The notes below the pieces were generated by a model, which searched no databases, was not told the DNA's origin, and saw only the letters and a list, made by a program, of their open reading frames with translations. A stretch of DNA of 60,930 bases, counting the filler. It is 14 parts of 14 records of this genome, joined end to end, with 100 filler letters (N's around TTAATTAATTAA, not from the genome) between each part and the next. Parts side by side here need not be neighbours in the genome. Positions count along the whole stretch, not along the records: positions 56,746 to 60,930 come from SRR7504441_18663; 13 more parts are not named here. One strand, written 5' to 3'. Numbering within the stretch: position 1 is the first letter of the stretch; the number at the start of each line of letters is the position of its first letter. This document shows positions 59,801 to 60,930 of this stretch, in pieces. The position numbers were made by a program, and so were the translations under genes.

Positions 59801-60930
59801 CTGTTCCATTTCTTGCAGGTAGCCTTTTACTGCCTGCAGCATTTCATCCTCATCAATCTGACCACTCCCATCGTCAATGAGTGAAAACTTGGAGTAGCGG
59901 CCAGAATGCTCTGCATCGACACGTGGGCGAATGAACCAGTCAACAAAATGGGCAAATGGCGGATAGGCGACCAGATGAGTTTTCATCTCATTGATGTTCA
60001 GTTCTCCATCAGACTTACCCAGATCTCCAAGATCCATGATTGTTGACACTATCTGCAGTTCATCCAGGGGCGTGTAGGTTGTGGATTGTGAGTCCTTTGG
60101 GGCTTCAGCCCTGATGAAGTCGTCAAGCTCTAGGGAACTCAATTTGGTGGCAGCATTCATTGTCTCCTGTCCTTTGTCAGGATTTTCTTCCAGAAAATAC
60201 TGAGCTGCAGTAATCAATGACCTCAGATTCAGAATACCAGTGCTGCAAAAGTGCGCAAAGCGGCTTGCAATGGTTGTTGATCCCCGCATTTGCGGAAAGC
60301 ACAGCCAGCGAAGAAAAGATTCCATCCCTGTGCCATACAGAGCTGTCTCAAGCTCTGGGCCACCCATGGTCTTATTCTCCTGTGGATTCTTGGATTCATT
60401 GCGCTGGGTAGCACATAGCGCAGCCCGCCCGAGCAGTCCCTCATCTGTCAACATTGATGGCAGTGACGAGTCTTTGACAAGCCATGTCGTTAAGGTATTC
60501 TCCAAACCCGCCATAATCTCGGCCCGTTTTGACAGATTTGCCTCGGAACTAAAGGCTGGTTTTCCAGCTGGCTTTAAAATTGGAGCTGGTTCATTTACGA
60601 AGAAAGCCTTTGATTGTGCTGTGCATACTTTTGCCCTTCCCTGATGCTTCTCTGCCCTTCCCTGGAGTTTCTGTGGCCCTGAATGATCTTTTTTATATCT
60701 TTGATGATTTCCGAAAGCTTTCATGCCCGCCAGTGTACTGACATACTCAGCAAAACTCACTTTAGAATCCTTGTTCTGATCGAATTGACGCACAACAGCC
60801 TGCACTTCTGTGACAGAGGGTAGCAGTTTCCGCTGGCACAATCGAATCAGCAACTACCGAGGGAAATGCTGACCTGTCGATGCAGCAACTGGGTCAATTC
60901 CCTTGCATCTATCATCCCAGAACCGTCGGA
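56844..60930 (-). CDS. Large multi-EF-hand protein, 5'-truncated
   Basis: Numerous EF loops (DQNKDSKVSFAE, DTDGNQLLSADE, DRDQEGLITFNE, DEDCSGSIDVEE, DMDGSGLVSIQE); intron about 57633-57744. Confidence 0.8.

Overview
This is not a prokaryotic locus. It is a concatenation of 14 unrelated contigs of about 3-6.5 kb, joined by artificial 100-nt linkers (N-run, TTAATTAATTAA, N-run). The source is a GC-rich, gene-dense unicellular eukaryote that I cannot identify from sequence alone. Genes are split by many tiny introns (mostly 35-43 nt, GC-rich, no polypyrimidine tract), so the ORF track fragments most of them. After manual splicing I model about 34 genes, including TRAPPC2L, a tesmin/CXC factor, ICMT, a GalE-like epimerase, a PEDS1/CarF-like desaturase, SGT1, an MFS transporter, PNGase, TMTC, PI synthase, RPB1, importin alpha, TPK1, a PRMT and a large cytidine deaminase. 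Highlights: (1) a peptide:N-glycanase fused through two tiny introns to an L-type lectin and a PUL domain, apparently a convergent rebuild of the animal NGLY1 PUB/catalytic/PAW design; (2) a cytidine deaminase preceded by a possibly CARF-like Rossmann domain; (3) unusually frequent GC-AG introns; (4) an RPB1 with Val at the alpha-amanitin/C4 arginine and a remodelled trigger loop; (5) a UBA-TMTC fusion; (6) head-to-head genes with ATGs as little as 42 bp apart. All family calls come from motifs recognised by eye; no database searches were run.
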